DNA from: Terriglobia bacterium
GTDB taxonomy: Bacteria; Acidobacteriota; Terriglobia; JAJPHL01; JAPKYU01
NCBI GenBank assembly: GCA_965223005.1
Contig: CBDCVK010000005.1
Coordinates: forward strand, 160,001-224,000
DNA: 64,000 nucleotides
Direction of reading: 5' to 3'
How positions within the stretch are numbered: position 1 is the first letter of the stretch; each line of letters begins with the position of its first letter. Both the position numbers and the translations under genes were made by a program. Under the pieces are notes generated by a model, which worked only from the letters and a program-made list of their open reading frames with translations, was not told the origin of the DNA and did not search any database. Shown piece after piece: positions 58,751 through 64,000 of this stretch.

Positions 58751-60675
58751 ACCTGCCCCGCCTCGCGCCATGGCGTGCCGGCTTGCTGGTGGCTCTGCTG
58801 GCCGGCCTTGTGTATCTCAATACGCTGCCCAATGCGTTCGTCATTGACGATCGCCAGCAGATTGTTGACAACGGCTTCCTGCGCCAGCGCGACGGCTTGA
58901 AGAAAATCTTCACCACCAACGTCTGGGCCTTTGTGCAGAAGGAGAGCCTCACCAACTACTACCGGCCGTTGATGCACACCGTCCTGTATTTCTGGTGGCG
59001 GATGTTCCGCGAAAATCCGGCCGGCTATCATGCGCTGAGCATCGTGCTGCACGCTGCTGTCACACTGCTCGTGTTTTTCTGGCTGCGCCGTATCCAGCCG
59101 AACGCGACGGTGGCGTGGCTGGCCGCGCTGCTGTTCGCCGTGCACCCGATCCACACGGAAGCAGTCGCCTGGATCTCAGCGTTTCCCGATCTGTTATGCA
59201 GTCTGCTGGTGCTCGCAGGCTTTCAGCTCTACCTGCGCGCCGAGCAGACTCATGGGTGGCGCCGCTACGCTCAAGAGACCGCTCTGGCAGCGTGCCTGCT
59301 GCTCGCCTTTTTGACCAAGGAAATTGGCTTTACGCTGCCGCTCCTGCTGGTCATCTACGAGATGTTGGAACGGCAGCGGCGGCCCCTTTCCCTGCTGCGC
59401 GCGCGCCTGTTCCCATACGCGGCCATGGCCGGCGCCACGGCAGTCTATCTGGCGATGCGCTGGTATGCGCTGGAGGGCCTAATTCCCGTCTCCTGGGGGT
59501 TCAAAGGCAGCCGCGGTCAGATGGTGCTCGGCTGGATCGCCCTGGTCTACGAATACACCGCACGTGTCGTCTTTCCCCTAAGGCTCAGCAGCTTTCATGT
59601 CATGTCCCCTCCCGGCAGACTGCTGGAGCCGAATGTGCTCGCAGGATTGGTCATCGCCGGGGGCTGGATCGCACTGGGCATCTGGCTCTACCGGCGCCGC
59701 CAACCGGAATGGCTGGCTGTGGTGCTGTTCCTGGTAGTCCTGCTGCCCTCGTTTCCGCCGACCACCCAGTTGGTAAAAGGCTTCTGGCTTGGCGAGCGCT
59801 ATCTCTACCTGCCTTCGGTGGGATTTTGCTGGCTCCTGGCAGCAGCGCTGGACCGCTTGGCCTTCCGAGTGGGTTGGAGACCCGTGGTGGGCTTGAGCCT
59901 GGCCCTGGTGCTAGCCTACGGCGGGCGGACTGTGCTGCGGAACCAGCAGTGGCGCGACGAAATTGGCTTTTACCTGCATGAGCTGAGGACTGAGGGTGAA
60001 TCCGAAGGAATTCGCCCAATACTGGCCGATGCCTATTTGCGCCGTGGCATGGCCAGCGAGGCGCTGCCTCACACCCAGGCTATGGTGCGCCTGGCGCCTC
60101 GCGATCCTTTCACGCACAATTCTCTCGGGTTCGTCTACTGGCGCTTGGGAGAACGGGACAAGGCTTTGGCCCAATATCAGATGTCGATAGACCTGGCCCA
60201 GGAACAGGGCAAGCCTGGCTTCGCTGCGCTGTCGCTGAACAACCTCGCCGTAGCCTACGGGCAGACGGGAGAGCTGGGTCGTGCCATCTCCGCGTACCGG
60301 CAAGCTGTGGCCTTGGACCCGGATTTTGCCCAGGGCCACAACAATCTGGGCGCGGCTTTGTTTGAAGTCGGAAGGCTGAAGCAAGCTGTGCTTCATCTGC
60401 GCAAGGCCACGCGACTGAGCCCAGCCTCGGCCTCCGCCCATGCAAATTTGGGACTGGCCCTGACTGCGCTGAACGACTTGCGCGGGGCCCGGGTCGCGCT
60501 GAGTGAAGCTTTGCGCCTGGAACCCGGCGACGCCGAAACATGGGCCCGCCTGGGGGAGCTAAGCCTGCGGGCGGGCCAGCTGCCCGAAGCCCGGCGCCTG
60601 TTCAGCCGGGCGCTCGAGCTAGATCCCGCCAATCAGCGTGCCCTTGCCGGGCTGTCTGCTGTACAGACGCGCTAG
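58747..60675 (+). CDS. TMTC-like GT-C + TPR protein (array copy 3)
   Basis: GTG start in a GTGA overlap; FVIDD, YYRP, HPIHTEAVAW, KE, ERYLYLPS, TPRs. Confidence 0.8.
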   Translation: MNLPRLAPWRAGLLVALLAGLVYLNTLPNAFVIDDRQQIVDNGFLRQRDGLKKIFTTNVWAFVQKESLTNYYRPLMHTVLYFWWRMFRENPAGYHALSIVLHAAVTLLVFFWLRRIQPNATVAWLAALLFAVHPIHTEAVAWISAFPDLLCSLLVLAGFQLYLRAEQTHGWRRYAQETALAACLLLAFLTKEIGFTLPLLLVIYEMLERQRRPLSLLRARLFPYAAMAGATAVYLAMRWYALEGLIPVSWGFKGSRGQMVLGWIALVYEYTARVVFPLRLSSFHVMSPPGRLLEPNVLAGLVIAGGWIALGIWLYRRRQPEWLAVVLFLVVLLPSFPPTTQLVKGFWLGERYLYLPSVGFCWLLAAALDRLAFRVGWRPVVGLSLALVLAYGGRTVLRNQQWRDEIGFYLHELRTEGESEGIRPILADAYLRRGMASEALPHTQAMVRLAPRDPFTHNSLGFVYWRLGERDKALAQYQMSIDLAQEQGKPGFAALSLNNLAVAYGQTGELGRAISAYRQAVALDPDFAQGHNNLGAALFEVGRLKQAVLHLRKATRLSPASASAHANLGLALTALNDLRGARVALSEALRLEPGDAETWARLGELSLRAGQLPEARRLFSRALELDPANQRALAGLSAVQTR

Positions 60676-60801
60676 TTCCTCTGCGTTTCTCGCCCTTTGT
60701 CGCGCCCGGCCCACCGCAGGTGAGTACCGGGCAGCCGGGTCGTTTGACAGTACCGCAGGGACGCTGTTAGCATTTCGTGGTTGTAAGTTCGGAGATCACC
60801 A

Positions 60802-61539
60802 TTGGCGCGAATTAGCAGGAAGGAACTCAAGAAGGATCAATTTGTCACTGAGTTCTCCAGGACCTACCAGTTTCTCCAACAGCACCGCACTGCTCTGATC
60901 TTGCTGCTGATTGCCGTCGTCCTAGTGATGGTCCTGGGCTTGGGCGGTTACTTTTATGTGCAGAATCGGAAGGCGCAGGCTAATGAGGAGCTGGCCCACG
61001 CCATTCGTGTCTTCTACGCTCCCACGACCTCGGAGAACCCCCAAGCGGAGCCCGACATGAAGTTCTCCGACGAGGAGGCGCGTTACCGCCAGGCCGAAAA
61101 AGAGTTTGCGGCCATCGCTCAGAAGTATGGCTGGCTCGCCAAACTCCGCTTCGGTGGCCAGCCGCGCATAGCTCGCTACTACCTGGGCCTGACCAAGCAA
61201 CATCTAGGTCAAACCGAAGAAGCCATGCGCGAGCTGCGCACGCTCGCCGAGCAGGACGAGGACCGACAGTTGGCGCCCCTGGCCCGGTTTGCGCTGGCCG
61301 GAATCTATGCCCAAAACGGCAAATCCGACGAGGCCGAGAAACTCTACCGAGAACTGGCAGACCGGCCGGGAGACCTGGTTTCCCGGGAAACGGCCCTACT
61401 GACCCTGGCCGAGCACTTGAGCGAGCAAAAGCCGGACGAAGCCGAAAAGATCTATCAGCAGATCCAGAAGGAGACCCCGGACGGCACCGCGGCCGATGCA
61501 GCCTACGAGCGGCTGTCCGAACTGAGGAAGAGCCAATAG
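60802..61539 (+). CDS. YfgM-like membrane-anchored TPR protein
   Basis: RKELKKDQF N-terminus, single TM helix, TPRs. Confidence 0.75.
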   Translation: MARISRKELKKDQFVTEFSRTYQFLQQHRTALILLLIAVVLVMVLGLGGYFYVQNRKAQANEELAHAIRVFYAPTTSENPQAEPDMKFSDEEARYRQAEKEFAAIAQKYGWLAKLRFGGQPRIARYYLGLTKQHLGQTEEAMRELRTLAEQDEDRQLAPLARFALAGIYAQNGKSDEAEKLYRELADRPGDLVSRETALLTLAEHLSEQKPDEAEKIYQQIQKETPDGTAADAAYERLSELRKSQ

Positions 61540-61583
61540 CGCCACGCTAGCCAGCGCGTGCGTTCGGGCACGCCTTGGCCCCG

Positions 61584-62708
61584 ATGCTTGCCCCATTCGC
61601 CTTCCGTGTTGAGCAAAGTTTGGGGCGCCGCTCTCCGGAAGCGCCTCACCCCTACCGCGACGATTTCCAGCGCGACCGCGACCGCATCGTCCATTCCCGA
61701 GCCTTTCGCCGCCTGGAAAACAAAACCCAGGTATTCACCAGCCGCTACAGCGACCACTTCCGCAACCGGCTCACCCACACCATCGAGGTGGCCCAGATCA
61801 CCCGCACTGTTGGTGCCGCTTTACGTCTGAATGTGGAGCTGTGCGAGGCGCTGGCGCTGGTCCACGACGTCGGCCACCCGCCCTTCGGTCACGCCGGCGA
61901 GAAAAGCCTGGACCGGGCGATGCGCCGCTTCGGCGACCGCTTCGAGCATAACCTCCACGCCCTGCGAATCGTCGAGTACTTCGAACAGCGTTATGCCGCC
62001 TTTCACGGCTTGAACCTGACCTTTGAAGTGCGCGAGGGCATCATCAAGCACTCCCGCGACTACTCAGCAACCGAACACCCCGAGCTGGCCGAGTACCTGC
62101 TGGCGAAGAAGCCACCACTGGAAGCACAACTTATTGACCTGGCCGACGAAATCGCTTACAACACCGCCGACCTGGACGACGGCTTTGAAGCCGGACTTCT
62201 CGAGCTGGAGCTGATCCGGGCCGAAGTACCACTATTCAACGTCCACTTTGAAGCCGTGGAACAGATCTTCGCGGCCGCGCTGCCGAAGCTGAAGTTTAAC
62301 GAAACGTTGAAGCGAGTTCTGGACGCGCTGGCCAGCGACCTGATCGAAAGCACTCGCGCCACACTGGAGCGCGAACGGACTGGCTCGGTCGAAGACGTCC
62401 GCGACTTCCCCCGCCGGCTGGCCAGCCTTAATCCGGAAATGAGCCAGCACACCCGTAGCCTAAAGGAATTTCTCTACCGGCGACTTTACGATCACTCTGC
62501 ACTCTGCCGGGAGCGGGAGGGGGGCGCCGAAATGGTGGCCGAATTGTTCGACCTTTACCTGGAACATCCCAACCGCCTGCCCCGCGCCTACCGGGCAAGG
62601 ATAAATGAGGAAGCGCCGCACCGAGTTATCTGTGACTACATCGCCGGCATGACCGACACCTTCCTCCAGAAGCAATTCCAGGAGGTCGTTGCCAGCGCGG
62701 AGCGCTAG
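61584..62708 (+). CDS. dgt: Deoxyguanosinetriphosphate triphosphohydrolase (HD superfamily)
   Basis: FQRDRDRI.HS.AFRRL..KTQVF, RLTHT, HDVGHPPFGHAGE, DYIAGMTD. Confidence 0.94.
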   Translation: MLAPFAFRVEQSLGRRSPEAPHPYRDDFQRDRDRIVHSRAFRRLENKTQVFTSRYSDHFRNRLTHTIEVAQITRTVGAALRLNVELCEALALVHDVGHPPFGHAGEKSLDRAMRRFGDRFEHNLHALRIVEYFEQRYAAFHGLNLTFEVREGIIKHSRDYSATEHPELAEYLLAKKPPLEAQLIDLADEIAYNTADLDDGFEAGLLELELIRAEVPLFNVHFEAVEQIFAAALPKLKFNETLKRVLDALASDLIESTRATLERERTGSVEDVRDFPRRLASLNPEMSQHTRSLKEFLYRRLYDHSALCREREGGAEMVAELFDLYLEHPNRLPRAYRARINEEAPHRVICDYIAGMTDTFLQKQFQEVVASAER

Positions 62709-62860
62709 CGGCAGCCTTCGACCGGCGCTTGGACTGCCGGTCTTTGGCCGTCTGAGGTTTCATAAGAGCTACGGCACGCGTGTATCTTTTCCCGTCAAGA
62801 AAAGCCAGGAGGTGATATAGTAGTTGTTGAGTAGACGCAGACGAAATTGCGGATGTTCTT

Positions 62861-63079
62861 ATGAAGAAGCGCCCAGAAAAGGACTTCCAATTTGATCCTG
62901 CGCCCCCACCACCGCCGCCCCCAGCCTCGGTCGAGGAATTTGAGGCCAGCCGGTCGATCCGGTGCCGCGTCTGTGGCAACCCGGGAGCCAGCAAGCACAA
63001 TGATACGCTCTGCTGGGTTTGCCGCCACTTGAAGGTCAGCGCCTGGAAAGACGTCGAAAAGTTCTCCTTCCCCGATTAG
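62861..63079 (+). CDS. Small Pro-rich protein with CxxC...CxxC (putative zinc finger)
   Basis: 72 aa; PAPPPPPPPA, CRVC and CWVC. Confidence 0.6.
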   Translation: MKKRPEKDFQFDPAPPPPPPPASVEEFEASRSIRCRVCGNPGASKHNDTLCWVCRHLKVSAWKDVEKFSFPD

Positions 63080-63302
63080 ATTGTTCTTTGCCCCTTCCGC
63101 TTGATTGAGTCACAGCCCGCGTGTGCGCTCCAGCTATGCCTCATCGGTGGGAGCAGGCGGGAAGCGGCAAGTTTGCGAGCTGACCGGTGCGCCCGCGCGA
63201 GACAGGCCGTGGACGACGGGCTGCCGGGGAGTCGACCGCCTAGCTCCCCTCTTGTCCTGTTATTGGAGCGGCCCTCGCGCGTCGAGGACCGGCGGAGGTA
63301 GA

Positions 63303-63548
63303 ATGACGGCTATGGCAATGCAGGCCTACGTGTTTATCAACGTGCATGCCGGCTGGGCGCGGAAGATTATTCGGGACATGAACGAAATCCCCGAGGTGAA
63401 AACCGTGCATGCCTGCTGGGGTCGTCCCGATGTGATCGCCCACGTGGAAGTCGGCGATGAGACGGAACTTCGCGAACTGGTCCTGGGGCGGATCCACAAC
63501 CTGGAGGGAGTCAGCGAGACCGATACTCGCATCATCGTAAAGTTGTAA
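63303..63548 (+). CDS. Stand-alone Lrp/AsnC ligand-binding domain protein
   Basis: GGAGG RBS; AYVFIN...WG.PD.I..V...I..L.GV..T.T.I. Confidence 0.82.
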   Translation: MTAMAMQAYVFINVHAGWARKIIRDMNEIPEVKTVHACWGRPDVIAHVEVGDETELRELVLGRIHNLEGVSETDTRIIVKL

Positions 63549-63697
63549 GCTTCCAAGCTCTATTGGAACCTTCAGAACTTCGGGGGATTCTTACTGCTTT
63601 TCGTAGAACCTCTGCGGGCCAGTAGCGGAAACCAGTTGGGGTTGACCGAAATTAGGTGCCCTGAGCAGCTACGCGAAAGTTGCCGGCGAATGGAGGT

Positions 63698-64000
63698 TCA
63701 CCGTACCAGACCTTGCGCACGGTTCGCCTTGAAGCGTCGCTTCGCCTCCAGGCGCCGTTCTTCACTCCACCTTCCCACCTTTGCGCGACCTGAAGCCTTG
63801 TACTCGGCCACCTCCGATTCGGTCACGTCCTGCCGAGCGCATAAGGGGCAATCACTCTGTTCAGCCGCAAGAGCGGTCAACAGCTTGCCGTAACAAATTT
63901 CCGGTCCTTCCTGGTACTTGAGAAGGCCCGGCCGAAAGGCGGCATCCCCGATCACTACGGTGAAGGAACGAGTTGGAGTGTTGTTCCCTGGGACAGAGAA
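63698..64000 (-). CDS. Hypothetical protein, 3' part (5' end outside window)
   Basis: Frame is open to the window edge (FSVPGNNTPTRSFTVVIG...YQEGPEICYGKL...). Confidence 0.55.
   Translation of the reverse strand, partial: FSVPGNNTPTRSFTVVIGDAAFRPGLLKYQEGPEICYGKLLTALAAEQSDCPLCARQDVTESEVAEYKASGRAKVGRWSEERRLEAKRRFKANRAQGLVR

Noticed and set aside
63080-63300. Riboswitch or ncRNA upstream of the Lrp/AsnC-domain gene
   Set aside because: GC-rich with possible hairpins but no recognisable consensus; an Infernal/Rfam scan would be needed.

Overview
High-GC (roughly 60-65% by eye) bacterial chromosomal segment, probably Acidobacteriota (inferred from the pilin N-termini and gene content). Housekeeping content: tRNA-Pro(TGG), tmRNA (tag ANNQLAYAA), pdxS/pdxT, larE, mutL-cmk, tig-clpP-clpX-lon-rho, dgt and assorted enzymes. 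The most notable feature is a type IV pilin locus (6.0-14.3 kb). It has two sigma54-type pilin promoters, one intact and one frameshifted pilin (the latter next to an IS1380-like remnant), a PilG/H/I- or Xap-like ABC module, and two kinds of multi-TM + TPR proteins that look like GT-C glycosyltransferases. The window holds six such genes plus one remnant: four TMTC-like (three in tandem after rho) and two paralogues carrying a 'D-L/I-GWQ-x-ATGR' motif. Together they suggest an expanded, uncharacterised protein/pilin O-glycosylation system. Other oddities: an in-frame chimera of a peptidoglycan amidase and a Clp AAA+ C-terminus, both lacking catalytic parts; a degenerate tandem duplication at 5.7-6.3 kb that may be an assembly artefact; an Asp-to-Glu pseudo-receiver fused to PilZ; a truncated, degenerate acyl-CoA ligase; and a CHASE2 cyclase/secreted protein/M48 triad. 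All calls come from motif recognition by eye; no searches were run.
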